From NCBI GenBank assembly GCA_965602015.1, contig OZ271918.1:1088001-1152000 (forward strand): a DNA stretch of 64,000 nt. Reading direction: 5' to 3'. Position numbers and translations under genes: made by a program. The number at the start of each line of letters is the position of its first letter. Position 1 is the first letter of the stretch. The notes under the pieces are model-generated. The model had not been told where the DNA came from. It worked only from the letters and a program-made list of their open reading frames with translations, and searched no databases. Of the stretch, positions 1-10,163 are shown piece by piece. Source of the stretch: Salinispira sp. (GTDB lineage: Bacteria > Spirochaetota > Spirochaetia > DSM-27196 > Salinispiraceae).

Positions 1-147
1 TTCCCAAATATGCGTTATATCGGTATAATCATGGGAACCGGCACGTTCAGCGAAACTGAAGAGCGCCGAAAACAGCGGATGCTGCGCAACAAGGCGAAGG
101 CCGAAGAGAAACTTCAGGAAAAAGCCAATACTCCTTTAGAGAGCTGA
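1..147 (+). CDS. 3' end of an unidentified CDS, truncated by the window start
   Basis: Frame 1 is open from base 1 to TGA at 145-147 ([48 protein letters not shown]). Confidence 0.55.
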   Translation, partial: FPNMRYIGIIMGTGTFSETEERRKQRMLRNKAKAEEKLQEKANTPLES

Positions 148-193
148 TCGGGCTCTCGATTTCCTTCCCCGCAAAGCATCACAGGAGTACATC

Positions 194-1246
194 ATGGAGA
201 AAAAACGCTTACTCACGGGAGACCGGCCCACGGGCAAGCTCCACCTGGGCCACTATGTGGGCTCCCTTCAAAACAGGGTTAAGCTTCAGGACAGGTATGA
301 CTCGTTCATTTTTGTGGCTGACCTGCATATGCTCACCACAAAACCGAGCAAGGAAGCAATCGAAAAGGTCAGCGAAAATGCCCGGGAAATTGTGCTCGAT
401 TACCTGGCCTGCGGCATCGATCCGGAAAAAGCCACGATTTACATGCAATCCGCACTTCACGAGGTCTACGAGCTGAACCTTATTCTTGAGATGCTGGTGA
501 GCGTACCGCGACTCGAGCGGCTACCGAGCCTGAAAGATATGGCAAGGGACGCCCATCTGAATGAAATGCCCTTCGGTCTGTTGGGGTATCCGGTACTCCA
601 AAGCGCGGACATACTTCTTCCCCGGGCCCATGTTGTTCCCGTCGGCAAGGATAACGAAGCGCATGTTGAGCTGACCAGGGAGATTGCCAGGCGCTTCAAC
701 CACCACTACGGCGAGGTGTTTCCCATCCCCGACTCAATCATCGGCACCGCCACCCTTGTGGGAACCGACGGCCAGGCGAAGATGTCCAAGAGTCTGAACA
801 ACGCGATCCTTCTGTCCGATGATGCAAAAACCGTCGAGAAGCGGGTCAAGGGAATGTTTACCGACCCGAACAGGATTCGGGCTGACATCCCCGGTACCGT
901 CGAGGGCAACCCGGTGTTTATCTATCACGACATGTTTAATCCCGATAAGGCGGAAATCGAGGACCTGAAAAAACGCTACAAGGCAGGCAGCGTCGGCGAT
1001 GTAGAAGTCAAGGAGAAGCTCGCACGGGCGCTAAACGCGTTTATGGATCCGCTGCGGGAGCGACGGGAAATGTACGCAAATGATTCGGGATTCGTCGATG
1101 AGGTGATTTACAACGGTACGGTTAAAATGCGGGAGATAGCCCGGGAAACCCTCATAGAGACCAAGAAAGCCATGGGCCTCACCGGAGCGTGGAACCGCAT
1201 TAGCCGCAAGGCCGAAAAGTACCGGAAAAAGCGGGAGAAGTCCTGA
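194..1246 (+). CDS. trpS: Tryptophan--tRNA ligase
   Basis: [13 protein letters not shown] (HIGH-type) and KMSKS motifs, [18 protein letters not shown] upstream. Confidence 0.97.
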   Translation: MEKKRLLTGDRPTGKLHLGHYVGSLQNRVKLQDRYDSFIFVADLHMLTTKPSKEAIEKVSENAREIVLDYLACGIDPEKATIYMQSALHEVYELNLILEMLVSVPRLERLPSLKDMARDAHLNEMPFGLLGYPVLQSADILLPRAHVVPVGKDNEAHVELTREIARRFNHHYGEVFPIPDSIIGTATLVGTDGQAKMSKSLNNAILLSDDAKTVEKRVKGMFTDPNRIRADIPGTVEGNPVFIYHDMFNPDKAEIEDLKKRYKAGSVGDVEVKEKLARALNAFMDPLRERREMYANDSGFVDEVIYNGTVKMREIARETLIETKKAMGLTGAWNRISRKAEKYRKKREKS

Positions 1247-1248
1247 AG

Positions 1249-1941
1249 ATGGCATCAGGCGGTAAAATTGAAGCTGTCCTCTTCGATATGGACGGAACCC
1301 TCGTCGATTCAGAACCCCTGTGGCACCGGGCCGATGAGGCCTGGCTCGGCACTCACGGCATTGAGCTCAGCGATGATGAGTGGATTCACATCGTCGGTCT
1401 CGGCGGCGGGCCCTTCGTCAGGATGCTCATGGATAAAAAGGGACTACAGGGCGAGTATGATCAGCTTCTGCGGGAAAAAAACTCGGTGTTCCAAAAGCTG
1501 GCCGCCACCGATTCGGTACCCTTTCGGGAAATGTTTGGACTGGCGCACTCCCTCAAGCAACGGGGTGGAAAAATTGCCGTCGCATCAGCTTCCAGCTGTG
1601 AGATAATCCATACCACCCTGGCATGCGTGGGAGAGGCGGACAGCTTCCACGGCGAGTTTTCCAGCGACATGGTGGAGCACAGCAAGCCGGCGCCCGACCT
1701 CTTTTTATATGCCGCCGACAAGCTCGGTGTGACTGCAGATACATGCCTGGTGATCGAAGACAGCCAATACGGTGTTGAAGCGGGAAAACGGGCGGGCATG
1801 ACGGTCGTCGCCGTGCCCTACCATATTCACGACCAGACCCGGGAGTATTTCGAAAAGGCTGACCTGCTTTTTCGCCGGGGAATGAAGGACTTCACCGCCG
1901 AATTGGTACTTACCTGGCTTGAGGATCGGGAGCTGTTGTAG
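1249..1941 (+). CDS. HAD-superfamily phosphatase (beta-PGM/CbbY-like)
   Basis: FDMDGTLVDSE motif I, KPAPD, IEDSQYG. Confidence 0.9.
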   Translation: MASGGKIEAVLFDMDGTLVDSEPLWHRADEAWLGTHGIELSDDEWIHIVGLGGGPFVRMLMDKKGLQGEYDQLLREKNSVFQKLAATDSVPFREMFGLAHSLKQRGGKIAVASASSCEIIHTTLACVGEADSFHGEFSSDMVEHSKPAPDLFLYAADKLGVTADTCLVIEDSQYGVEAGKRAGMTVVAVPYHIHDQTREYFEKADLLFRRGMKDFTAELVLTWLEDRELL

Positions 1942-2807
1942 TGCCGGGCAATGATTCTCCCGATTTTCCCTCCAATACTTCAATAAACGGGTTTCAGAAA
2001 AAGATATTGGCATTCTATGAAGACTACGGACGTTCAATGCCCTGGCGCGATGACGTCAGTCCGTACAGCATCTTCCTTTCGGAGGTCATGCTGCAGCAGA
2101 CCCAGGTTTCCCGGGTAACGGATTACTACTGGACGTTTATGAATCGCTTCCCGGACTTTTCTTCCCTCGCCGACGCCGAACTGCAGGAGGTGCTGGATGT
2201 CTGGAAGGGACTCGGGTATAACCGGCGCGCCAGGTTCCTCCGGGAGGCCGCGAGGATAATTTGTGAACAGTACGCCGGCCGGCTTCCCGCAGATCCCGAT
2301 GAGCTGATCAAACTTCCGGGAATCGGAAAAAATACCGCTGGTTCCATATCGGCCTTTGCATTTAATCTTCCGGTGGCTTTTATCGAGACCAATATCCGTC
2401 GGGTTTTTATATACGAGTTCTTTCCCGGTGATGAAGAGGTTCACGACAGGCGGATTATGCCGCTTATAGAGGCGACGCTCCCCCAAGACAACGCCCGTCG
2501 ATGGTATTGGGCACTCATGGATTACGGCGTCAGCCTAAAAGGAGAGGGCCGGCAGGCAAACCGAAAAAGCGCTCACTACAGCCGACAAAGCCCCTTCGAA
2601 GGCTCTGCCCGGCAATTGAGGGGAGAAATCCTTCGCCAGCTTGGGAGGCGCGGTGGGGTCGGCATCGGCGAGCTGGACCGCGGCATTAGGGCTGCCCTCC
2701 CGAAGCATCCGTATGATGTGACGCTGTTGACCAAGATCCTGAGTGACCTGGACCGGGAGGGATTCGTAACCGGCGAGGCCGGCGGGATATACCGCATCGC
2801 AGATTAA
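1941..2807 (+). CDS. mutY: A/G-specific adenine glycosylase, short form
   Basis: MPWR, SEVMLQQTQV, WKGLGYNRRA, HhH LPGIG..TA, IETNIRRV; no Fe-S cysteine cluster. Confidence 0.85.
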   Translation: MPGNDSPDFPSNTSINGFQKKILAFYEDYGRSMPWRDDVSPYSIFLSEVMLQQTQVSRVTDYYWTFMNRFPDFSSLADAELQEVLDVWKGLGYNRRARFLREAARIICEQYAGRLPADPDELIKLPGIGKNTAGSISAFAFNLPVAFIETNIRRVFIYEFFPGDEEVHDRRIMPLIEATLPQDNARRWYWALMDYGVSLKGEGRQANRKSAHYSRQSPFEGSARQLRGEILRQLGRRGGVGIGELDRGIRAALPKHPYDVTLLTKILSDLDREGFVTGEAGGIYRIAD

Positions 2808-2819
2808 GACACTGCTGGT

Positions 2820-3806
2820 TCAGTACACCCAGCTTGCGGCGGCCACCGCCAGGCCGGCACCCGAGGCGACGGCCATCACCTTGTCGCCCCGTTTTATCCG
2901 TCCTTCCCGGACCGCCTCATGGAAGGCCATGGGAATGCAGGCGCTGCCGGTGTATCCATACCGGTCCATTACCGCGGTTGTTTTATCCATGCCCTGTCCG
3001 AGAATCTCCATTACCTGGGCGATAACCGACAGATTGATCTGGGTAAACAGGTAGTGATCGATATCATCTCTTTCAAGGTTGATTTTTTCTAAGAGCTTGT
3101 CGACCATCTCGGGCCATAGCTTTACATTTCGGTCGCCGGGCAGGCGCTGAAGGAGCTGAAGGCCGTATTCACCGGATTCAAGCCGCTGGCGGGTTACCGG
3201 CTGCCGGGTAGCCCCGGAGTACACGCCCACATAGTCGAACTGGGTCCCGTCGGCAAGGAGCTGGCCGCCCAGGTATTTGTCGCTTTTTTCGAGAATAAAA
3301 GCGGCTGCCCCGTCGGCGAAAATAGAGTAGCCGAAGCTGTCCCCAGGCCGGACGAAGGCGGGCATATTGTACAGGCCGATGACGCATGCGTAGCGCATGC
3401 CGGGGTCGGCGGCCAGAAGTGCCTGGGCGCTGTGCAGGGCCGCGACAAAACTCGAACAGCTGGCGTTGACGTCGAAGGTGCCGCAATACCGCTGTCCGCC
3501 CTGGATCCGTCCCTGCACGATCATGCTGGTTGCCGGTGAAATGTATTCAGGGGTGTCGCTGGCCACGATAAACAGCCCGATGTCTTCCGCGTTGATGCCG
3601 CCGGCGAGAATGGCGTCCCGGGCAGCCTTTTCAGCGAAGTCGGCGCTGGTTTCATCCAATCCGCGCAGATGGGCGATGTGGCGCTTTTCAATGCCGAGTT
3701 TGGCCTTTGTCCGATCCCCGTCGAATTCTATTCCCGCCAGTTCCATCAGCTCCAGATTATCAATAGCCTCTCCCGGGACATAAAGCCCCGTTGATACGAT
3801 GTTCAT
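2820..3806 (-). CDS. 3-oxoacyl-ACP synthase III (FabH)-like protein with atypical active site
   Basis: KAS III fold motifs: DVNASCSSF, FADGAAA, FTQIN (vs HQAN), YGYTGSA (vs YGNTSAA), GAGL. Confidence 0.85.
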   Translation of the reverse strand: MNIVSTGLYVPGEAIDNLELMELAGIEFDGDRTKAKLGIEKRHIAHLRGLDETSADFAEKAARDAILAGGINAEDIGLFIVASDTPEYISPATSMIVQGRIQGGQRYCGTFDVNASCSSFVAALHSAQALLAADPGMRYACVIGLYNMPAFVRPGDSFGYSIFADGAAAFILEKSDKYLGGQLLADGTQFDYVGVYSGATRQPVTRQRLESGEYGLQLLQRLPGDRNVKLWPEMVDKLLEKINLERDDIDHYLFTQINLSVIAQVMEILGQGMDKTTAVMDRYGYTGSACIPMAFHEAVREGRIKRGDKVMAVASGAGLAVAAASWVY

Positions 3807-4915
3807 TCCTTGACTCCTTTGTGTAGTAGCCCGGCCAGCTCATGAATAAAACCGGGAATATCGCCGATTCTCCGGTTCAGCAGGGCTTCGATGCCCACAT
3901 AATGGGACAATCCCATGAGAAAATTCGCAACCATCCGCCTATCATCTTCATCGAACATATCGAGGTTATGCATGTACCCCGCTTCGAAGGCATCGTAGTA
4001 CCGGCGGACCCAGGGCTTGGCGACGAATTCCGCCTCCCTCACGATGGCATAGTAGTCGCTGTGTTTGCTGAAATAGCTGAGAAAATGCCATACGCCGTAT
4101 ACCTCCCGCTCAAGACTGCTGGGATGGGTGGTGGATTTCTCCCGCAAATATCGCCGGGTTTCCTGTCCGATTTGTTCAACGATGATGGAAAAAAACTGCT
4201 CCTTGCTCTCGAAGTGGGTATAAAAGGTGCCCACGGCGAGTTGGTTTGCCCGGACGATATCCGCAACGCCTATTGCGTGGTATCCTTTTTTACCGATTAA
4301 CTCCATTCCCGTGCGCAATAGTCGCCCGCGGCTGTCCTGGGGCTGATCCTCGGGAATTTCAGGAAAATCCGATGGTATGTCCAGCTTCCCGGGAGACTCA
4401 TTTGCAAACATGCCGTTGAGCACGAGCTTGGCGATAAGCCCGGAATTTCTCGGCAGACCGTCGTAAATGGCCCGGGTGGAAATGAAGCGAAGTCCCGATA
4501 TGATGTATAGATACTCGGCTTCAGTCACCGGACGCCGGTAAACCTGAGTGCAGCAGGCCATGTATATGCTCCGCAATCGGCTTTCATATTCGGGAAATCG
4601 ATACTGGCCTTCCCGGAAGACTGTTACCTGTTCGGCATGTTGTATTCCCGCATCCAGGATCACCGTATACAGGCGCTGTAAACGCTCCTCTACAGTTTCT
4701 CCGCCGATACCCGCCAGTTCATTTTCGAAGTCGCTGAGAAACTCGTCGAGCAGAAGGCGGACCAGCTCGGTCTTGTTGGGGAAATAGCGGTAGAACACTC
4801 CGTTGGAAACTTCGGCATCCCGGCAGATCTCCGCAATGGAAACCGTTTCGAACCATTGCCGGGAAAATAGCCGCAGGGCCGCGTTCTTGATTTTTTCCGG
4901 AGTGTTCTTGGCCAC
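3803..4915 (-). CDS. TetR/AcrR-family regulator with two tandem TetR units
   Basis: Two HTH motifs: SIAEICRDAEVSNGVFYRYFPNK and GVADIVRANQLAVGTFYTHFESKE; both halves contain a ..REG/AE.. motif. Confidence 0.9.
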   Translation of the reverse strand: MAKNTPEKIKNAALRLFSRQWFETVSIAEICRDAEVSNGVFYRYFPNKTELVRLLLDEFLSDFENELAGIGGETVEERLQRLYTVILDAGIQHAEQVTVFREGQYRFPEYESRLRSIYMACCTQVYRRPVTEAEYLYIISGLRFISTRAIYDGLPRNSGLIAKLVLNGMFANESPGKLDIPSDFPEIPEDQPQDSRGRLLRTGMELIGKKGYHAIGVADIVRANQLAVGTFYTHFESKEQFFSIIVEQIGQETRRYLREKSTTHPSSLEREVYGVWHFLSYFSKHSDYYAIVREAEFVAKPWVRRYYDAFEAGYMHNLDMFDEDDRRMVANFLMGLSHYVGIEALLNRRIGDIPGFIHELAGLLHKGVKE

Positions 4916-4916
4916 T

Positions 4917-5693
4917 TTACATATCCTTTATAAAACTGATAACCGCCTGACAAAACTCGTCGGGTATCTCCACCATGGGGCTGTGGCCGCAGGTATCGAA
5001 TTTGATGCGCTTTGCCGAGAAGAACTCCGCGGTCTGTTGTGCCCGGTCCTCGGTAATGAGGGGATCCATGGAGCCGTGCATGACTGCGACGGGAAGCGAG
5101 GCATCCCGCAGCTTGTCGGTAAAATCCGCGACCGAAAGGGCTTCGGCGTGTCCGATAAAGCAATCTCTGTTCATTTTCCAGGCGTCATCCACCAGAGCGG
5201 AATATAGTTCGTTATCCTGTATCATGGGCATTATAGATTTCAAGGCCTGGGCGAGAATGTTTTTGTCGGCCTTGTACGCTTCGATAGCCGGATAATGTTC
5301 CACCGGCGTAACAAGTCCCTCCACCGGCGCGGAATCCACCAGCACCATGGCGCGGGGAAACTGAGGCTTCTGGAAGAGCAGCTCCATGGCTACGGCGCCC
5401 CCGAGGCTGTGGCCTAAAACCACGGGATTATGCAGCTCGAGGCTGTGGGCGATAAAGCCCACCCAACGGGCGTAGTCCCCAATTGCCCAGCCCTCAATAG
5501 CCTCGGATTCCCCGAAATTGGGCATATCCGGGGCAATGACCTGCCCGGGATACCGCTCCGCCAGGGGTTCGAACCATCTTCCGCTTCCAAGGTTGCCGTG
5601 GATGCAAAGCAGAGTAGGAAGCGAGTCATCTTTGCCTTCGCTTCGCCTCAGTTGAATGAGCTTGTCGCGGATTCGCAGGCTGATTTGTTCCAT
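4917..5693 (-). CDS. Alpha/beta hydrolase (esterase; resembles PhaZ-type intracellular depolymerases)
   Basis: IHGN oxyanion motif, GHSLGG nucleophile elbow, GSMDP acid, CGHSP His. Confidence 0.85.
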   Translation of the reverse strand: MEQISLRIRDKLIQLRRSEGKDDSLPTLLCIHGNLGSGRWFEPLAERYPGQVIAPDMPNFGESEAIEGWAIGDYARWVGFIAHSLELHNPVVLGHSLGGAVAMELLFQKPQFPRAMVLVDSAPVEGLVTPVEHYPAIEAYKADKNILAQALKSIMPMIQDNELYSALVDDAWKMNRDCFIGHAEALSVADFTDKLRDASLPVAVMHGSMDPLITEDRAQQTAEFFSAKRIKFDTCGHSPMVEIPDEFCQAVISFIKDM

Positions 5694-5694
5694 T

Positions 5695-6900
5695 TTACGC
5701 TCTCCTTATGATAAGCGCCGTTCCCATGCCCCCGCCTATACACAGGGAGGCAAGACCTGTTTTCGCTCCCCGTTTAATCATTTCATAAAGCAGGGTAATG
5801 GTGATCCGGGCGCCGCTGGCTCCAATGGGATGTCCGAGGGCGATGGCGCCGCCGTTCACATTGGTACGTTCCAGCAGGCTGACCATACTGTCCCCGTGTT
5901 CTGCCGAGAGTTCCTTCAAAACGCCTATGCTCTGGGCGGCGAAGGCTTCATTGAGCTCTATGAGCTCCATGTCCGAAAGGGTCAAGCCGGTTTTTTTTAA
6001 TAAGCTGCGGATCGCCGGAACCGGTCCCAGGCCCATTACCGACGGGTCGAGGGCCGCCTGGGAGTATGCCACGATTTCGGCCATGGGCTCGAGGCGGTAT
6101 TTATTTACCGCGTCCTCGGAAGCCAAGAGCAGGGCGGCTGCGCCGTCGTTCAATCCCGATGCATTTCCGGCGGTTACCGTCCCGTCCTTCTCGAACGCCG
6201 GACGCAGACCCGCCAGGGTCTCCTCGGTGGTCTCCGGACGAATATACTCGTCGGTATCTATTGTAGAGACCTTTTTTCGCTCGGCTACGTCCACCGGAGT
6301 AATTTCATCGGCGAAGCGCCCTGAATCCCTGGCGGCTGCAGCCCGTCTCTGGCTTTCTGCAGCAAAGGCATCCTGTTCGCTACGGCTTATGGAATGCTTG
6401 CGGGCAATATTTTCGGCGGTAATGCCCATATGGTAATTGTTGAACACGTCGGTGAGCCCGTCCTGAAGCAGACTGTCTTCCAGCTGCATGGCTCCGAGCT
6501 TGTTGCCCCATCTGGCCTTGGCGGAAACCGTGAACGGTGCAAGGCTCATATTCTCCATTCCCGCCGCAATCGACAGCTGATGTTCTCCCAGGCGGATATT
6601 GTCCGCCGCGAGCATTGCCGCCTTCATACCGCTGCCGCAAAGTATATTTACCGCGTAGGCGGGAACGCTCTCGGGGACCCCGGCGTATATGGAAGCCTGA
6701 CGGCCCGGACCCATGCCCTGACCGTTGTTTATTACGTTACCGACGATGACCTCATCGAGATCCGCAGGGTCTATTCCCGCATCGGAAATCACCGACTTTA
6801 TTACTTCGGCTGCCAGCTTCGCCGCGGGCACGTTTTTAAAACTGCCGCCGAATGCTCCGATTGCCGTACGCTTTGCAGCGACGATGTATACCTTGCTCAC
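5695..6900 (-). CDS. Acetyl-CoA C-acetyltransferase (thiolase)
   Basis: LCGSGM, NEAFAAQ, GHPIGASG, CIGGGMG. Confidence 0.95.
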   Translation of the reverse strand: MSKVYIVAAKRTAIGAFGGSFKNVPAAKLAAEVIKSVISDAGIDPADLDEVIVGNVINNGQGMGPGRQASIYAGVPESVPAYAVNILCGSGMKAAMLAADNIRLGEHQLSIAAGMENMSLAPFTVSAKARWGNKLGAMQLEDSLLQDGLTDVFNNYHMGITAENIARKHSISRSEQDAFAAESQRRAAAARDSGRFADEITPVDVAERKKVSTIDTDEYIRPETTEETLAGLRPAFEKDGTVTAGNASGLNDGAAALLLASEDAVNKYRLEPMAEIVAYSQAALDPSVMGLGPVPAIRSLLKKTGLTLSDMELIELNEAFAAQSIGVLKELSAEHGDSMVSLLERTNVNGGAIALGHPIGASGARITITLLYEMIKRGAKTGLASLCIGGGMGTALIIRRA

Positions 6901-6915
6901 TGTTTCTCTCCTCGT

Positions 6916-8235
6916 TTATACATATCCCAGTTTTTCCGCTTCAGCGGTGAGCTGAGCCCTGAAATCCGGATGGGCGATGGAAATCAACGCCTTGGCCCGT
7001 TGGCTCACCGTTCGGCCTACCAGCCTGACCGCGCCGTATTCCGTGGCGACGAAATCCAGGTCCTGGCGGGGCACCGTCACCGCCGAACCGGCGGGTAGCA
7101 TCGGGACGATGGTGCTGATGCTTCCCTTTTTCGCGCTTGACCTCAGGGCGATAATGCCCTTGCCGTTTTTCGCCTTCTGCGCTCCTCGGTGAGTGTCGAG
7201 CTGACCTCCGGTTCCCGAATACTGCACAGGGCCCAGGCTTTCAGAGCAGACCTGTCCGGTAAGGTCTACGGTTATTGCGGTGTTGATGCTCACCATGTTG
7301 TCGTTCTGAGCGATCACATAGGGGTCGTTGACATAATTTCCCCGCAGTTCGAGAATCGCCGGATTATTATCCAGCCATCGGTACATCCGTTCGCTGCCCA
7401 AGGCAAAGGTGAACACGAATTTGTTCGGCCACAGGGATTTTTTCCGGTTTGTTATGGCTCCGGATTCGAACAAATCGATCATGCTCTCGGTAAACATTTC
7501 GGTATGCACACCCAGGTCCTTTTTGTCGGAGAGCAGGGCGGCCACGGCGTTGGGTATACCGCCTATGCCGATTTGCAGGGTGGCGCCGTCTCCCACGAGG
7601 CCCGCGATATGGGAGGCAATCTCCTTTTCAACCGCGCCGGGCTCAAGAACCGGTATGGTGGGAGGGGCGGCGTCGTGTTCAACGAGGATGTCGGCCTGGC
7701 TGATGTGAACCTGGGTGTCCCCGTGAAGGAAGGGGATTTTCCCGTTTACCTCGAGAACCACTATGTCTGCCGCCTCGATAACCTCGCCTTCATATACATT
7801 CGAAAGACCCAGGTTAAAAAAGCCCGTGGAATCCTGCATAGGCGTCACGGGCCCCCAGTACACAATAGAGGCGCCTTCTTCCTTGAGAGCCTTGAGTTTA
7901 TTTCCTCCGGCTTGATGCAGATTGTTGGGAATAAAATCCACCAGTTTATAGCCCATTTTTGCGGCCTTGCGGTTCGACGGGCCGAAAAACCAATTCTCGT
8001 TCATAAAGATCCCTTCGTAACGGGGATCTTCGCAAAACTCATAGCTCTGCATATTCAGACAGGATAGCACCCGCAGGTGATCAAAATGATCGGCGAAACG
8101 GTGAACCGCTGACATAAAACCCTGACTTTCCATGGAGGCCATGCCCATAATGATTGCCGCGTTTTTCGGCAGTGCCCGGATGGCATTCTCCATGCTTCGC
8201 AATTTACCGGTATATTGGCTTTTCCAATCTGACAT
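6916..8235 (-). CDS. Acetyl-CoA hydrolase / 4-hydroxybutyrate CoA-transferase family protein
   Basis: LQIGIGGIPNAV, GVHTEM, GTGGQLD, VATEYG; ATG at 8235 with SD AAGGAG. Confidence 0.9.
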   Translation of the reverse strand: MSDWKSQYTGKLRSMENAIRALPKNAAIIMGMASMESQGFMSAVHRFADHFDHLRVLSCLNMQSYEFCEDPRYEGIFMNENWFFGPSNRKAAKMGYKLVDFIPNNLHQAGGNKLKALKEEGASIVYWGPVTPMQDSTGFFNLGLSNVYEGEVIEAADIVVLEVNGKIPFLHGDTQVHISQADILVEHDAAPPTIPVLEPGAVEKEIASHIAGLVGDGATLQIGIGGIPNAVAALLSDKKDLGVHTEMFTESMIDLFESGAITNRKKSLWPNKFVFTFALGSERMYRWLDNNPAILELRGNYVNDPYVIAQNDNMVSINTAITVDLTGQVCSESLGPVQYSGTGGQLDTHRGAQKAKNGKGIIALRSSAKKGSISTIVPMLPAGSAVTVPRQDLDFVATEYGAVRLVGRTVSQRAKALISIAHPDFRAQLTAEAEKLGYV

Positions 8236-8315
8236 TGACACTCCTTTTCTTATCGGTGAGATTTCCCGGCGGACGTTGAAGATGAATCATCCCGCCCGCT
8301 ACTGCCTAATAGGGG

Positions 8316-9053
8316 CTATATTACCAGGCCGCCGTCAACGCTGATTGTCTGGGCTGTGACGAAGCTCGAGTAATCGCTTGCAAGCCACAAAGCCGCATCA
8401 GCAATGTCTTGGGGCTCGCCCATTCTGGCCAGAAGGGTTTTTGACACCATGGAATCCAGTATCTTCTCGGGTACCTTCTCTGTCATGGGTGTGCGGATAA
8501 ATCCGGGAGCAATGGCGTTGGAACGAACCTTCGCGCCTTTGCGGGCGAACTCTTTTGCCCAGGTCTTTGTCATCGAGACAACTCCGCCTTTGGTTGCCGC
8601 ATAGTTGGACTGGCCCACGTTCCCCGTGAGGGCTACTATGCTCGCCATATTGATAATCGAGCCCGTGCCCTGATTCATCATCCGCGGTCCGATTTCCCGC
8701 CCCATGTTGAATACGCCGGTGAGGTTCACCGCAATGACGGAGTTCCAGTCCTCATCGCTCATCTTTTGAATCAGCCCGTCCCGGGTGATGCCGGCGTTAT
8801 TAACCAGAACGTCGATACGCCCTTCATCTCCCCAGATTTTTTCCACCACTTCCTTAACGCCGGCCGAGTCGGTGACATTACAAACCGCGCTTTTGACGTT
8901 GGGGTACTTCACGGTGACTTCGTCAAAACCGTCGAAGCCCATATCCAGGGCGTACACCGCTTTTGCTTCGGCGGCTGCGAATGTTTCTACGATTTTCCTT
9001 CCAATTCCCCGGGCTCCCCCGGTTACCAAACATACTTTTCCTTCAATTTTCAT
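8316..9053 (-). CDS. SDR oxidoreductase (FabG/PhaB-like ketoacyl reductase)
   Basis: TGGARGIG, NNAGITRD, YAATK, APGFI; ATGA overlap with the upstream KAS III gene. Confidence 0.92.
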   Translation of the reverse strand: MKIEGKVCLVTGGARGIGRKIVETFAAAEAKAVYALDMGFDGFDEVTVKYPNVKSAVCNVTDSAGVKEVVEKIWGDEGRIDVLVNNAGITRDGLIQKMSDEDWNSVIAVNLTGVFNMGREIGPRMMNQGTGSIINMASIVALTGNVGQSNYAATKGGVVSMTKTWAKEFARKGAKVRSNAIAPGFIRTPMTEKVPEKILDSMVSKTLLARMGEPQDIADAALWLASDYSSFVTAQTISVDGGLVI

Positions 9054-10063
9054 GTGCTTACTCCCCATTGTATTGTGGCGGCCGCCCAGACAAATCCGAT
9101 TCCGGCCCCGACCATAACAATATGGTCTCCGTTTTTGATTTTTCCGCTTTTAATCCCCTCCATAATGGAGATGATCTGGTCGTTCTGGCCGACATGGCCG
9201 TATTCATTCAGATAGGTTGTCTGATCATCGCTCAGTCCGAGCTCCTGAAGCACCAGGTCATGGGTGCTTCGCTTAAAATGGAGAATGGCCAAATAGTCGA
9301 TGTCAGCGTCGGTGAGCCCGCCCTTTTTAAGGGATTCGCGGATTACCGCATAAAAATTCGGCAGGGTCCGTTCACCAAGTTTTTTCTTGAAGCTGTCCAC
9401 GTCGTCGATGACGAAGTGCATGTTGTGGGTATCCTCGGGACTGGGCGGCCAGGCAGCGCTTCCGCCGGCCTTGATTACGCAATCAGTGGAAAAACTTCCG
9501 TCGCCCCTGAAGGCAGTTCCCACTATGCGGTTAGCTTTTTGGTTTTTTCCGAGAATCATTGCGGCGCCTCCGGCACCGATGTCGTACATAAATGAAGTCT
9601 CTTTTACGTCATAACTTACCATGTCGCCGTTGCGGTAGCCGCTGACCAGGAGGACCGTTTTATACTCGCTGTTGGCGATCATCAGGCTTCGGGCTACTTC
9701 CATTCCCGCCATCATTGAGCCGCACATTGCCTCCATATCGAAGCTCCAAGCGTTATCGGCCCCGATTTCCCGGGCGACGTGCAGGCCTGCCAGCCAGTTC
9801 AGGTAATCCTTGTGCTGGGCACCGTTCCAGATAACCACGTCTATATCTTTTGGGTCGATGCCGGCCATTTCTATGGCATCACGGGCGGCGGCAATACCCA
9901 TCGCGCTGGTGGTGTCTTCAGGTCCGGGCACCGGTTTGCGGTCGACGCCGAATTTCTCCCGGATGACGTTTTCCGGTATTCCGCTTTTTTCCGCAATCTG
10001 CGAGGCATCCATCCAATGATCCGGGGTGTACACCCCGAGCCCCATAATTCCAATTTCAGTCAT
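9050..10063 (-). CDS. Second KAS III (FabH)-like protein, Cys-His-His type
   Basis: EAMCGS (Cys), ILHFKRS (His), YGHVGQND (His where FabH has Asn), GAGIG. Confidence 0.85.
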   Translation of the reverse strand: MTEIGIMGLGVYTPDHWMDASQIAEKSGIPENVIREKFGVDRKPVPGPEDTTSAMGIAAARDAIEMAGIDPKDIDVVIWNGAQHKDYLNWLAGLHVAREIGADNAWSFDMEAMCGSMMAGMEVARSLMIANSEYKTVLLVSGYRNGDMVSYDVKETSFMYDIGAGGAAMILGKNQKANRIVGTAFRGDGSFSTDCVIKAGGSAAWPPSPEDTHNMHFVIDDVDSFKKKLGERTLPNFYAVIRESLKKGGLTDADIDYLAILHFKRSTHDLVLQELGLSDDQTTYLNEYGHVGQNDQIISIMEGIKSGKIKNGDHIVMVGAGIGFVWAAATIQWGVST

Positions 10064-10081
10064 AAGATTGTCCTGTTCCCA

Positions 10082-10103
10082 AAAAATGAGAACCAATTCA
10101 GTT
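10082..10103. promoter_or_regulatory. Candidate TetR operator, copy 1 (upstream of the KAS III-SDR-CoA transferase block)
   Basis: AAAAATGAGAACCAATTCAGTT matches the reverse complement of 14934-14955 at 20/22 positions. Confidence 0.6.
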
Positions 10104-10110
10104 CGTTTTC

Positions 10111-10144
10111 AAAAAAACACCCCTTCCCGAATGTTCGGGAAGGG
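10111..10144 (-). terminator. Rho-independent terminator after the Liv-type binding protein gene
   Basis: Inverted repeat CCCTTCCCGAA-TG-TTCGGGAAGGG followed on the minus strand by a T7 run. Confidence 0.8.
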
Positions 10145-10163
10145 ATGGTTCCGTAGTTCGCAA

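Noticed and set aside
2820..10063. Canonical FAS II or PHA synthesis operon
   Set aside because: No acpP, fabD, fabF, fabZ or phaC; both KAS III triads are atypical.
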